A stretch of DNA of 64,000 bases from Cetorhinus maximus (lineage: Eukaryota). Below are positions 25,717-38,568 of the stretch, piece by piece; the stretch's first letter is position 1; the number at the start of each line of letters is the position of its first letter. The stretch covers positions 17,608,001-17,672,000 of the forward strand of contig NC_135881.1 in assembly GCF_964194155.1 (NCBI RefSeq), written 5' to 3'. The notes beneath the pieces were generated by a model. It was not told where the DNA came from and did no database searches. It worked only from the letters and a program-made list of their open reading frames with translations. Both the position numbers and the translations under genes were made by a program.

Positions 25717-26448
25717 GCCATGAAGAGATATCAACGTCTATAATGCTTTTGAAATTATTTTTAAATTGGAATTGTAGTAGGGTCTGTGTCTGTGTGTCTA
25801 TGTATGTGTCTTAATTGGTTTAAAGCTGGGTGCTTTGATGTATAGTAGTTTTGAGATGTTAATTAGTAAATGTAAGGAAGTTACAAAGTAAAGTGCAATT
25901 TGCATTTTGTGGAATAAATCATTCCAAAGAATGGGTAGAAGCTTGCGCCTAGCTGGGAGTCGCCAAGCAATGTGTTTGTATTACTAATAAAATTGGTGGA
26001 ATGAAAGGATTATTGTTAGGAGAGGTAAAATTTAAAAGCTAATGGAAAATTTACATTCAAAGAGGAAGCTAGGCATGAGCAGAAAGGAGTTTTTGTGTAT
26101 AGGTCAGAGGCATTTAAGGTCTAACCAGCCTGTAAACCTACAACAGTGTCTGAAAAGGAACCAAATGGCAAGGGACCTCATTTTGAATTCGTAAGGTCTT
26201 TGCCTGGTGTCTTTTAAAGTCTATGGCTTATTGTTGCCTTGGTGAAGATTTACCTGGGAGTCATTATTTGGGGATTTGTTTAAAAGTTATTATGGTAGTA
26301 ATTTGTAGATAGTTTATGTGTTTACTTTGTTGCTAAATTAATAAATGTTTAATTTAGTTTTATATAAAAATCTCTTGAGGCTGGGTGGTTTTATTCCTGA
26401 ATTCAGAGCTGCATCTCAAACATACCAAATGAAAATATAAGTTATGAC
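25717..26448 (+). mobile_element. Solo LTR inserted in the Harbinger transposase
   Basis: TG...TGACA ends, AATAAA near 26340, AT-rich block that interrupts transposase homology. Confidence 0.5.
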
Positions 26449-26477
26449 AGTTGTTCAAGTTTCCCTCTGGGATTTAA

Positions 26478-27075
26478 ACAATTCCTAGCCTCTGACCTGC
26501 ACTTGTATCTGTAGTATTTATATAGCTAGTCCAGTTCAGTTTTTGGTCAATGGTAACCCCCTGGATGTTGATGGTGGGGAATTCAGTGATGGTAATGTCA
26601 TTGAATGTCAAGGGGTGATGGTTGGATTCTCTCTTGTTGGAGATGGTCATTGACTGGCACTTGTGTGGCACAAATGTTACTTGCCACTTGTCAGCCCAAG
26701 CCTGGATATTGTCCAGGTCATGCTGCATTTGGACATGGACTGCTTCAGTATCTGAGGAGTCATGAATGGTGTGAACATTGTGCAATCATCAGCGAACATC
26801 CTCACTTCTGACCTTATGATGGAAGGAAGGTCATTGATGTAGCAGTTGAAGATGGTTGGGCTGAGGACACTATCCTGAGGAACTCCTGCAGTGATGTCCT
26901 GCAGCTGAGATGACCGACATCCAACAACCACAACCATCTTCCTTTGTGTTAGGACTCCGATTCCCAGTGACTCCAGTTTTGCTAGGGCTCCTTGATGCCA
27001 CACTTGGTCAAATGCAGCCTTGATGTCAAGGACAGTCACTCTCACCTCAGGAGTTCAGCTCGTTTGTCCATGTTT
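26478..27075 (-). mobile_element. CR1-like LINE (second lineage) RT fragment
   Basis: 'LDIKAAFDQVWHQG...GVPQDSVLSPTIFNCYINDL...MFADDCT'. Confidence 0.9.
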
Positions 27076-28459
27076 GCCCTTTACAACCTGCTGCTGCAAC
27101 GGGGGAGGAGCTGGCAGTCTCCTCTGATGAGGAGGACGCTGAAGGGGATGAGGATGAGTAGGTCCTTGAAGGCGACGACAGGGATGAGGCCCTCGCACTG
27201 GCTTATGGCAGTGCACATACCCTCTGTGATGTTGCTCCTGTCATGGAGATGCAGTAGAGGCCCTAATAGTCGCTCAATTGCAGGGCGATGATAACGTCAT
27301 GCAGTGAGGACACTCCATAGATCTTCACATAGCCTCTGAGAATGCCTGACTCCTGTCTGGCTGAGGGCAGCTTGCTTGTGCTCCATGATCAGGGTCATAT
27401 CATAGAGACGCAGCCATGAAACTTCAAAAGCATCTGATCCTTTGGCTGCCTTCAGCACCTGAGCTCTTCAGGAGCACAGCATTACTGGTCACAGATGCTG
27501 AAGAAATGGGGGCCAGGCCCACCCTAAAAGGTGCCGAGAGAGTGACGATACTCTGACGCCTGCCCACAACATTCTGGCAGCAATGACAAGCACTGTCAAG
27601 GTGCAGGCATCAGTTATGTGTCCAGGGAGTGTGAGGCTGGACCTTCACTCTGAAGGCTGCACAAAGCACAGGGAAGAGGCCCCGGACTGAGAAACCTGCC
27701 TTTACCTTGTACGGAAAGGTTTCACATCTGAGTGGCATGAACACTGCTCATCAGAACAAGGAACCATAGGCAGGAAGACATTCTTGGGAGTTTATTGACA
27801 ATAGTGAACAGTACATACAAGTGATTGTCATAAAAAGCCATCTGGTTCACTCATGTTCTTTGGGAAATCTGCTGTCCTTACCTGGTCTGGCCTACATGTG
27901 ACTCCAGACCCACAGCAATGTGGTTGACCCTTAAATGCCCTCTAAACAAAGGCAATTAGGGATGGGTAATAGCCAGCGATGCCCAAATCCCATGAATGAA
28001 TAAAAAAATACTCTGCAATTAGCAACCGCTGAGTATGCAGCCACGGACCCCAACTCCCAACTCTGCATCTTTGTCTCCCCATCCAATGATCTGGCCAACT
28101 TTTTAAAAATGTGATCGTGGGATGAGGTCTTGCTGGCTAAGCCAGCATTTATTGTCCATTCCTTATTGTCTTTAAGAAAGCTGTAGTGGCCTGCCTCCTT
28201 GAACCGTTGTGTTCCCTGTGGTGTAGGTAATACCTACAGTGCTGTTAGGGAGTTCCAGGATTTTGATCCAGTGATGATGAAGGAAGGTTGGTTCACAGTT
28301 TGAAAAAGTCAAATGCATACTTTAGCGTAGTTTACAGAATCTAAATTGCACTCAATTAATGCAGTGTAGTGAACATGGCTGTTCCAAATGTTACATGTAG
28401 ATCAGGTAGCATTAAATTTTAATCACCAAATTCCTTTTCACAAAACTCCCGAGCACATT

Positions 28460-31400
28460 TTATATTACTAATTAAATAGTTTATTTCTTGCCCAATGTTC
28501 TATTCATGTAGAACTACAGAAATTCAGAGCAAAGGATGAAACCATCAGTTAAGTGTCCACTCTTCATTAGAAAAACATGAAACCCATTGCCCTGTACTGG
28601 CCCCGACTTCAAATTTACTTCTCTGTGAAAAGACATAATGATCTCTGCCTCAAACGCTCAAGATCCATTATTTATGCACGAGCATGGATATTCATTATTG
28701 TAGAGCTTGGTGTTCATCTGCTTTCCACAAAGACAAGCAACAGTGTCAACTCAGCTGCCTGAATATCTCAAGCCTGAAAGACCCGTCTCTCAGAACAACC
28801 TCTGCGAAGAGGTCAGTGAAGTAATGCCTGAACCCAAACTAAAATGATTAAAAGTGAGGCATCCAAATGAAATACTTTAATGTTTTCAGAAAAAAAACTT
28901 TACACGCACCATTCACTGGCCCATCTTCCCACATACGAGCTTATAATTTTTTTTTGGCCAAAATACAGATTTCCTTTGTCAACATTCAACTTTTCAGAAG
29001 CTTCACCTGTAGCATCATCAAAATTACATTTATGTATGATTATGTATGAAAAGCATCTATCCATATGAAAGTACAAAGATGTGGAAACTGGACTAGACCT
29101 TAAGTCTATAGGATAATAAATCTAGTCCAGCAGCTTTTCACACCATTAAAAGTGCTTTATACAGCTGGGTGGTTGTCAGTCAGTGGCACTATTTGTTAGA
29201 AGGGCCAGACAGCTATAATCTAAATTTTCCATCTCAAAACGTGGAAAGCTGTAACTTAGTAAGACATTGCAGGTACAGGCCCTGACAAAATTCTTCTCAA
29301 CAGTAAACAGTAATGACCTAGGACTCCAGCACAGTTCACCTGTACGTGCAATGTCAAGACTAAAATTCAAATTTAAGCAGATAATTGGGAAATACACAAC
29401 TGAAGAGCATTTTTAAGAAATATGCATTTTGTGCCTTTTTAAAAAAAAAGTTATTTGATATAAAAGTAACATCTGTTAATACCTTTGAAATGTTAGAAAA
29501 CAGGCATTGAACACCTCAAAGAGGATGATGGTCAATACCTTTTGGGTGTAACCGTGCTGATCAAGCACCTTCTGAGTTTCCAGCATTGGCAATTTTTCCT
29601 TTTTAAAATTAAGCTGCATAATTAATTATGCAACTTGTCAATGACCTTTCACCAAGCCCATGTGAAAAGCCAGTAAGCACATTTAGTTGTGTACTCAATA
29701 GAGAGGCACAACTAAACACAAGGTAACAGGGGGACCTATGCAAATGTGGTAAGCGGTAAAACTGGCAAGGAACAGTCTTGATTTGAAGGACTAAATACAG
29801 TCTCTAGAAAGTAAGCACAAGTTGTCTCAGCATCTTTGAAAGATACAAAATATATCCTTAAAGCTCTGTCATGCGATTTCATTTTGACTGCACATCTGTT
29901 CTGACAGTAGGTGTGTAGCTTGTTCATGATGCACTTAATGCACAACAGTATTTAAATTATTCCACCAACATGTAAACATGACTTTTATTAAAAATCCCCA
30001 CTGCCCTATCTAAGGGCTATCATTTAATCAGTGTCCATAACTTCAGTGTCAAATAGATCAACAAGGTCCAATGACAAATAGAGATTAAGGAGGAAAAAAT
30101 TCCCACTTAAAAGGAATCATTCCATAGAAACTGTGCAAACAGAAAAGTAAGCATCACACTGATTAAAACATTAGCCCCCAATAGTATCCCAAAGCCACAA
30201 CTAGTAATTATTACCCCTACATGTAGCATCACCCTCATTATTACATTTTCAATCATTCATTACCTTGTGCATTACAAGGAAAAGCAATAAAAACCCTTGA
30301 AACCCTTCATTAACTGGGACAGTACCAGGCAGCACACTAAATTATTGTATAAGCTGATGCCTTTGTGCAATGCTATGCTCCTGGGAAGCAGTGTTATAAC
30401 TTAATGTTTCATCTACACAAGGCATGTTTATAGTGTTCAGCTGTACAATATTAACTCTGAAAAAACAAAATTAATGTCATCTACATATATTATTTATCTT
30501 TATGCTAGTCAAACAATTGATACCTATCAATCGTTGCCTGCAAAAGAGGCAGCTGGCTTTTTAGTCTTTGGCTTAAGTGGACCGGAACGCAGCAAAATGA
30601 GTGGCATGATATATGAAAGAAACTCCTGCTTTGATGATTCAGTGGATCATGTTTGAAAGTACATGCATGAGGACATCAGGTGAACAGAGAACTGGGCTGG
30701 ACTTACCATTCCCGACAAGGTCATATAGCCTACTGACACTTGCATGAAGACTGACTAGTCCCATGGGGAACCGTACCCCACTAAGAGTCAGCACCTTCAG
30801 AAGTAGGGAGGAAAATACAGAAAAACGTTACCAGGAAGTAAAGGTAACTATTGTTGCTTATGGATGATGATTTTCTACACAGCACATCTGAGCTTTTAAA
30901 GGTTCCTAATGCCCCACAACAACCCGGATGGGGGGGAAAAGTTGCAAGACTAAGATACTGATTCATTAATTAAGAAAGAAAGAACACAACCCCCAGACTG
31001 TAGATGAAAACTGGTAACTAATGCTATCCTAAACTTTGCAGGCTTCAAGTCCCTACCTGCATGCACGTACAATTGCTTTCCCATCGTCTCACTCTGCAAT
31101 TCCAGTCCATTTTCATTAAACAGTAACTTATTTTATATTCGTTAACGGGATGTGAGCACCATTGACAAGGCCAGAATTTACCGTCCATCTCTAGTTGCCA
31201 TTAAGAATCACTGAGAATATTTCAATCTAGGCAACACAATAGTGAAGTGAAAGCATGCGCAGTTACTTTGTGATGAGGGAGAATAAAAACGACTGACTTA
31301 ATATGATCAGAGGGTTCAGATGAAGCCATGTAATTTGATTGCAAAGCTCCATTCTACTCAGGAATCTGACAAGTGCTAATCTTTTACTGGCACAGTAGTG

Positions 31401-31894
31401 TTATACACTGAGAAAAATGAACCCAAAAAGATGCTTAAATATAATGTAGCTGGAATCTAATTACAACGTTATATCTTTCCCAACACCAGCAATTTGAAAC
31501 TTCCCACCACCCTCTTCTTGAAAATCAGGCTGTACTTATTCTTTACTTTTCAAGAATTGCTAAACAAGGTTATTATATTTTTAGGAAAAGGTAGGCCTAT
31601 CATCAGAACTTTAGTTTAGCAGCCAGCTGATTTGAATGTGAAATAACTAGCACTTAAATACTTCCTTATTCTTGCACCATGGAGTGCAATAGTCAATAAT
31701 GGGCACCCCGTAATGTGACAGAAGCTATAGAATAGCATAATGTTGCCTTTGGACAAGCAGCAAAGAAAATAGCCTCAACATACGACTGCTTGTATTTCAA
31801 AAGGCAGTTATCATGTACTCAGATAGACTAAAAGTAAACTCGGGTGAGACTTTCAGTGTCTCGCTCGCTGCTGCCCACTGTCTCTGTGGCCTCT
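28460..31894 (-). other. GORASP1: Putative GORASP1 3' UTR (~3.4 kb) with candidate AATAAA signals at 29984-29989 and 28480-28485
   Basis: Repeat-poor, AT-rich unique sequence directly after the stop; TTTATT on + = AATAAA on -; TE density resumes below ~28.3 kb. Confidence 0.5.
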
Positions 31895-32166
31895 TCAACC
31901 CTTTGCTTCATCTTCAATCACAGAGAAATCATGGAGGTTGTTTTCATCTTGAGGTGGGCACTCTTTGAGATCTTCCGGCAAAGACTCCGCGTAGTCAATA
32001 TCCACGTGCGCATCTGGCGGCGTTTCAGTGGAGGCGGGAAGCGATGGGGCAGTCAAGTCAGAGGCTGAGGAGCAATCCCGATCCAGGCCTTGATCTGTTG
32101 GTGGAGCGGTATGAGGTGCAGCACTGACAGAATCTAAATCCTCGGACACAGCTGCGCTAGCCCGGT
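31895..32166 (-). CDS. GORASP1: GORASP1 terminal coding exon 9, (D)RASAAVSEDLDSVSAAPHT...DFSVIEDEAKG*, acidic tail
   Basis: Polypyrimidine tract followed by actAG; the phase-1 entry continues into ORF 31895..32149; TGA at 31897-31895; total CDS 1251 nt = 416 aa. Confidence 0.85.
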
Positions 32167-32854
32167 CTAGTTAAAAAGAAAAAGGCACACACACATATTA
32201 AGTCAGTCACACAAATTTCTTCTGACAGGTGGAATTAATGTTCTGCACTGAATTCTTCATCTTCCCTGCATTAGGTTTGTTGAAAAAGCATTAGCTACTC
32301 ATCTGTTGCTTTTAAATAATAACTGCTGGAAACCTAATACAATTTGAAAGACAGCTAGATTGAAGAGCTGGGGAGCAGTAAGTTTGTGGCATTTGAATTG
32401 TTCTGCTCGATACCATGACTGGCATCTCATGTCTACCGGACTTAAGATATAGTTTAGGAAACAAAAACAAAAAATATATTTTATAAACTCAGCACATCAT
32501 AGTCTGCCACTACAACTACAAAGTAAAACGGTTCACTTAAAATTCAGAACTGAATTTTGATTGCTGTTTTAAAAATTTTGAAGCAAATAATACATATAGC
32601 AATTTAAAACAAAAAAAATGCTCGATCGCTTTCCTGACTTGTGTTGGGAAGCGGTCAGGGCAGGACCAAGTTTGTCTGTGATAACACTGTGGGTGAAAAG
32701 CCTGCAATATTGGCTGCCCGCACCCACACATGAAGAACTGCCACCTGGATGAGACACCGTAGGGCAGCTGGTGCCCGCGGAAGCACAGTCCAAGGAGGAG
32801 GGGAGGGAAGTCAAGGGAGGCAAAAAAAAAAAGTTGACTGCTGGCTACACTTAC

Positions 32855-33016
32855 CAAAGTAGGGATCAAGTTCTTCACGGGTGAGAGTCCCATCTGTTCC
32901 AGTGTTTCTCTCCGTTATTATGTTAAAGATGGGTGAGGATGATGAGGACACGGCTACATTCAATACACTCGACAAGTCATGGGCTTCCGGAATGTCTGTG
33001 GATCCAGGTGGAAAAC
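32855..33016 (-). CDS. GORASP1: GORASP1 exon 8, (G)FPPGSTDIPEAHDLSSVLNVAVSSSSSPIFNIITERNTGTDGTLTREELDPYF
   Basis: aacAG acceptor, G|GTAAGT donor; 162 nt, open in the expected phase 1/1. Confidence 0.82.
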
Positions 33017-34324
33017 CTGTTTAAGAATACAAAAGGCAAATTAAATCATGATCCTTATCTGCACCTGCTGGGAACCCTATACAGCGCTACATGACTGCAG
33101 CTACTCAACCTTGTTTGAATTGAAAGCCTTTTAAATTTTATTCAAAAGCTTTTCTATATCTTGAAACAAGCCTCTACAAAAATGAGTGCTGAAATGTGTA
33201 GCAGTGATATGCACAATTACTTACAGCTAGGTGGACTAACTTGTAGATTCTCATCATTCTCTCCATTCCAAGCTAAGAATTGCAGAGCAGTGGAGATGAT
33301 GTTTGACCAGAATGCAGTCTTCACTCTGCCTCCCTAAGAGCTTAGGCCATTATACTAAAACCGCATTGTAGTAACGTACACTGTGCACTGTAACTGAGCT
33401 GAGTCAGCAGGAGTTTGGGCTTTGGCCCAATGAAGGACCAGGGTCACATCTATGAGATAGTCTCACCCCACAGTGTTTCCATTCCCTTAATTACAACGCC
33501 TCAAAAACACCATGGAATTCAAAAAGAACTTGGCTTCATTTTCGTGGAACGTATTCATGATGGCTTGAAAAAACATTCAAGATGAAATCAGGGCTTTATT
33601 CTGTATAGCGCATTGCAGTTTGATTTTAGTAATCTATAAAAAATTATCTGCAGAATCTTAATGATGGTTCAACATTTGAAAATTTCCATCTGGCCCAATC
33701 CCAGTCAGTCACTGCATGAAACACACCACTAGGGAAATCACAGAGGTGAATCTTACATTCCCAATGTGCTGTGCTGCTTTTCCTAAATTGGTAAAGCCAG
33801 ATTAGTTATTTTTTTTAAAAATGGCACACAGCACATTAAGAATACAGGATAGTATTGGACCCGAACAGGCTCAACTTCAGACTTAATACGTTTATCACCC
33901 CATCATGCCCAGACATCCATGAACATTTATAGGAGCATAGAATGATTAAAGCACAAGGTGGCTACTTGGCCCATCATGTCTGTGCTGGCCCTCTGAACGA
34001 GCAAGTAACCTAGTGCCACTCATCTGCCTTTCCCTTGTGGCCTTGCAATTTTTTTTCCTTTTCAGATAATGATCCAATTCCCTTTTTAAAGTCTCAATTG
34101 ACCCTGCCCTCAGGCAAACAAGCATGCACAACCTCAAAACTGCCCTTACAGTGACCCTCGTGGAAGTGTTCAACTCCAGCATGACCAGCTGTTTGTCAAA
34201 TATGAACCCATTTTGTTACAACACTAAGTATCAGTGGAAAGAACTTTAATGGCTGATCAGACAGTCGTTTCTTCAGTTTCAGATACTGCAAGTAGAAAAA
34301 AAACTATTTTAAAATGTCCAGTAC

Positions 34325-34454
34325 CTGGGTCCATGACACGCCGTATGGGAGGAGGGAGAAGCGAGCTTTCCATTGTTAGGTTGGTCAGTTCCTGTTCGAG
34401 TCCTGGACTATCACTCATTCTGTCAGTTGGTGAGCTGGGAGCTACTAATGGTGC
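34325..34454 (-). CDS. GORASP1: GORASP1 exon 7, APLVAPSSPTDRMSDSPGLEQELTNLTMESSLLPPPIRRVMDP(G) (Ser/Pro-rich region)
   Basis: actAG acceptor, CAG|GTACTG donor; 130 nt, phase 0/1; 'PPPIRRVMDPG' resembles mammalian GRASP65 'PPPVQRVMDPG'. Confidence 0.88.
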
Positions 34455-35149
34455 CTAGTGAATAAGCACAAAGATATGTTCTATCATGATCTCAACCTGT
34501 ATTTAGTAGGATGCGCTACCTTCAGCAGGCACACTTGCAGACACTTCAAATGAATCATTTTTCAAAGTTGCTACAATAATCCTGATGACTTTTTTTTTTA
34601 AAAAGAGAAAAAAACAAATTGAAAACGAGACAATTTTGGACTATAGTAAAAATATACTTTACCTGGATCGGGTTCATTGATTGATCTGGTAATGTAGCCA
34701 AATTCAACAGTAAAGAAAGCATCTGATTTAAAGTAACCATATATATTGCGCTTTTTAATGACTCAGTTCATTAAAACTATTTCTCTCTGCACAGGTGCTG
34801 CCTGGCCCACTGAATGTTTGCTTTTATTGCCAGTTAGTGAAGTCACATATAACTGAAGCTACAAAGACCAGAAGGTCTCATGTATTGATGATTGATCTGT
34901 GCCTCATTAACTGATATCAGTTGAATGCTGGAATGGATGCAACAACTGGTCTCAGTAATATTGGGCTGGGGTGGGGAGGGAGCAGTTGCTCTCTGGTGAG
35001 CCCCTGCTGAAAAATGTGCCTGTGAGACATTGTGTTGGGACAACATAAAGAGGTGGTGATACCGGGCTCTCTAATCTGGTTCAATAGCCTGTGAACACTC
35101 TCTAACGGAACTCACACACAAGTAATGGTGAATTGGGAAAGTGCTAGAG

Positions 35150-36310
35150 AACAGGAGAGCCAACACGGGTTTAAGAGTTAAATTGTTTTTGACTAACTTG
35201 TTTTAAGACTTTTGATGAATTGCCGAGAGAGTGGATGATGGCAGTGCAGTTTCTGTTGTGTGTATGGACTTAAGCAGCATTTGATAAATTATCATTTAAT
35301 AGGTTTATAGCAGAACTGAACCCCGTGGGATAAAGAAAACATTAGCAGCATGGATATAAAATTGGTTAAGGAATGAAATCAGAGAGTTGTGGTGAATAGC
35401 TGTTATTGACATACATTAATGACTCGGACTTGCAGGCACAGGGCACAATTTCAGCATTTGCAGATGACATGAAATTAGTAAACAGTAAGGCAGATATCAA
35501 TATTCAAGGTAACAAAGACAGGCTGATGGAATGGGCAGACATGCGGGAAAATGAAATTTAATGCATAGAAGTACGAGGTGATACATTTTGGTAGGCGGAA
35601 TGAAGAAAGACTATACGCTGAATTGTATAATTTTTAAAGAGGGTGCAAGAAGAGAGGGGCATTTGTGCGCAAGTCTTTGTAATTGGCAGGCAGGTTAATA
35701 TAGCACTTAATATAGCATATGGGATCCTGGACTCTCTAAACAGAGGCATAGAGTACAAAAGTTTATGCCAAATCTATGTTACACTAGTTCTGCCCCAGCT
35801 GGAGTAGTGCGTCCAGCTCTGGGCACCACGCTTTGAAAAAGGGGGTAAAGGCTTTGGAGAGGGTGCATAAGGGATTTACTAGAATGGTTCCAGGGATGGG
35901 GGACTTCAGTTACGTGGCCAAATGAGAGAAGCAGAGTTTGTTCTCAGAAAAGGAAATTTGCTAGTGGCATTAAAAAATTACAAAAGGTTTAAGCTAGAGT
36001 AAATTAAAAAAAAAACTGTTTCCAATGGCTGAAGGGTCAATAACCAGGGGCCACAGATTTAAGGCGACTGGCAAAAGAGGCAACATGAGGAAAAACTTTT
36101 GTAGGCAATGAATGAGTGGCTAGAACTTAAAATTACAGGGTGGTGGCAACAGCTTCTGTTATAGCTTTCAAAAGGAAATTAGATAACTACCTGAAGGATA
36201 AAAAATTGCAGGGATATGGGAAAAGAGCCAGAAACTAACTAGATTGCTCTTCGAAAGAGGTGGCACATGCATAATGGGCTGAATGGTCTTTCTCTGCTGT
36301 ACTATTCAAT
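35150..36310 (+). mobile_element. Old CR1 RT and 3' end, in GORASP1 intron 6
   Basis: Degraded 'FADDMKL' and 'QLE.CVQLWAP'; CR1 3' tail. Confidence 0.75.
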
Positions 36311-37110
36311 GATACAATGAACTGGTTCCTGTGAAAACATAACCCATCAACAGAGTAGCACAGGGAGAGGATGGACAAGAAGTAACATTGCAATATATAG
36401 TAATTTTCCTGGTTTACAAATGCATACACAACGCATCTAGTTTACAAGTGTTAGATTATCTGCATCTGGTAAAATTATACCAATATGGATCTAAGAAGCT
36501 GAACAAATTGACACAAATGCGTTTCTGATGAGTTTCTATGCTTCACATAATTGTGAATCTGGTAAAGATGTACAGTGCGTGTCTGTTAAATGGATAAGTT
36601 TTTAAAATGGTGTATCTGGATCATGTATATAATTCACCGTCAACATTTGTCATTGTCAAGCCTCTGACTCCCCCAGCTGCTTATAAACAAGTACTGCAAG
36701 GAATTTAAAAGGCAATGAAGAGCCAAGGTTCATGTCCCCTCAAAGTTAAGAGGGAAATGCAGAGTCATTTTTTTCCCAAAAAGATAGAACATTGATTGGG
36801 AAACATTAACTTCGTGTACACTAGTAATTTCTTACATCATATACACACTATGAATGCAGGGAGCAGAGCGGCAGTGAAGGGATATGCAGTTCAAAGCCTT
36901 AGTCTCCCATCATCAAGGATGAGCAGAAGATAACAAGGGGCAAAACTGAATCTCCCTTCAGCACATCAGAAGTGTAAAAAAAAACATCTGAAATAGCATG
37001 GCGAAATATTTTGATGGTAAATGACTAAGAATTGACAGGTAGATGTGTTAATTAGGTAGGGTTGTGTTAAGGTTGGGGTCAGTGCGCTTTTGGAGCCAGT
37101 GGTTACCCAC

Positions 37111-37246
37111 CTCCATGTATCCCTTTTCTGGATTCTGAGGTGGGGTGCTTGCCACAGGCGGTGCTGGAATCTCAACGCTTTTCTTCGGTACGACAGGACG
37201 GGAGGGGATTCTGTGCAAATAGCCATAGCCAATGCCGCAACCTAAG
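37111..37246 (-). CDS. GORASP1: GORASP1 exon 6, (S)LGCGIGYGYLHRIPSRPVVPKKSVEIPAPPVASTPPQNPEKGYME
   Basis: Inside ORF 37048..37263; conserved GRASP motif LGCGIGYGYLHRIP; ttttcAG acceptor, GAG|GTGGGT donor; 136 nt, phase 2/0. Confidence 0.93.
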
Positions 37247-37613
37247 CTGAAAAGGAGAAACATTAAGGTGAACAGTGGAAGGTTGCTTAAATTAGCATTT
37301 ATATATTCTCAAGGGCAATTAGGGATGGGCAATACATGATGGCCTTGCCAGAGATGCTCACATCCCAAGGACACATATTAAAAAAAGAGGCTACATATAG
37401 TGACCCCACAAGTACCAGCCAGAATGGAGATGGTAGGGTAAATCCTCCGTCAATCACATCTGGAACACACTGCTGGAAGTGACTGGGGTTGATTTGATTT
37501 CACAAACAATATAATTATCCTCCACTCACTGCATATTATGGGAGAAATAATCCTGCTGTTTTGCTGTAGTTTTGGTCTCAGGTTTGAAAACTAAATTAAA
37601 ACCACACATCTTA

Positions 37614-38108
37614 CCTCGTCTCTAACTCACTGACTAATGGTAGTGAACATTCCTTGTCTCTAACCCATTGACTGGTGGTAATGAATATTCCTCATCTCTA
37701 ACTCATTGACTGATGGCAGCGTATAATATCCTTATCTCTAACTCGTTAACTGACAGGAGTAAATATTCATCTCTAACTCATTGACTAACGAGAGTGAACA
37801 TTCCTCGTCTCTAACTCATTGAGTAACGAGAGTGAACATTCCTCGTCTCTAACTCATTGACTAACGAGAGTGAACATTCCTCGTCTCTAACTCATTGACT
37901 AACGAGAGTGAACATTCCTCGTCTCTAACTCATTGACTAACGAGAGTGAACATTCCTCGTCTCTAACTCATTGACTAACGAGAGTGAACATTCCTCGTCT
38001 CTAACTCATTGACTAACGAGAGTGAACATTCCTCGTCTCTAACTCATTGACTAACGAGAGTGAACATTCCTCGTCTCTAACTCATTGACTGATGGCAGTG
38101 AATATTCA
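37614..38108. repeat. 38-bp minisatellite (TTCCTCGTCTCTAACTCATTGACTAACGAGAGTGAACA), about 13 copies, intron 5
   Basis: Near-identical central copies at 37801-38090, diverged outer copies. Confidence 0.95.
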
Positions 38109-38403
38109 TTCTAAAGAGGTTCTATCTTCATCAAAAAAGCACTTGACAAATCCAATCAATTACAAGTACCTCACTTGTTGGTATAATTGGCAATAGGATA
38201 GTTGATCAGCTACATGGGATACAGTTTGCATCAAAAAGAACCTTCTGGCTCATCTCCCATTTTTCTCAATCTCTAGGATACCAACTCTTGTTGCATCAGT
38301 TCTGCAAGTACCTCACCTACATGACCTCTGTCCACAAGAGGTTACTCAGACAGCGAAGGTCAGTGCACTCTCCAACCATGGAACTCATCAGACCAAGGTT
38401 CAA

Positions 38404-38568
38404 AACTGAAATAAAAACAGGGAGTGCTACAAAGTTCTGAAGGAGAATCATATTGGACTTGAAATGTTAACTCTGTTTCTCTCTCCACAAATGCTGCCAG
38501 ATCTGAGTGTTTTCAGTACTTTGTTTTTATTTCAGATGTCCAGCATCTGCAATATTTTGCTTTTATTT
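38404..38568. mobile_element. Short PLE terminal insertion with TSD
   Basis: CAAGGTTCAA at 38394-38403 and 38569-38578; contains a degenerate hammerhead motif. Confidence 0.65.

Larger units (their letters stand above)
24031..27800 (+). mobile_element. PIF/Harbinger transposon remnant (HARBI1-like transposase) disrupted by PLE, LTR and LINE insertions
   Basis: ORF 25522..25743 'MTENQCRRRLRTSKELV...VAVKVTMTLNFYVSGSFQ...DLCGI'; C-terminus 'ALYNLLLQRG' plus an acidic tail at ~27075-27190; GGCCAGGATTTTCC terminus. Confidence 0.75.

Noticed and set aside
25522-25743. Domesticated HARBI1 gene
   Set aside because: Truncated, interrupted by LTR and LINE insertions, and lacking the catalytic core; a transposon relic
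37614-38108. CRISPR-like array (38-bp period)
   Set aside because: Head-to-tail repeats with no unique spacers, no cas genes, and a eukaryotic intron context
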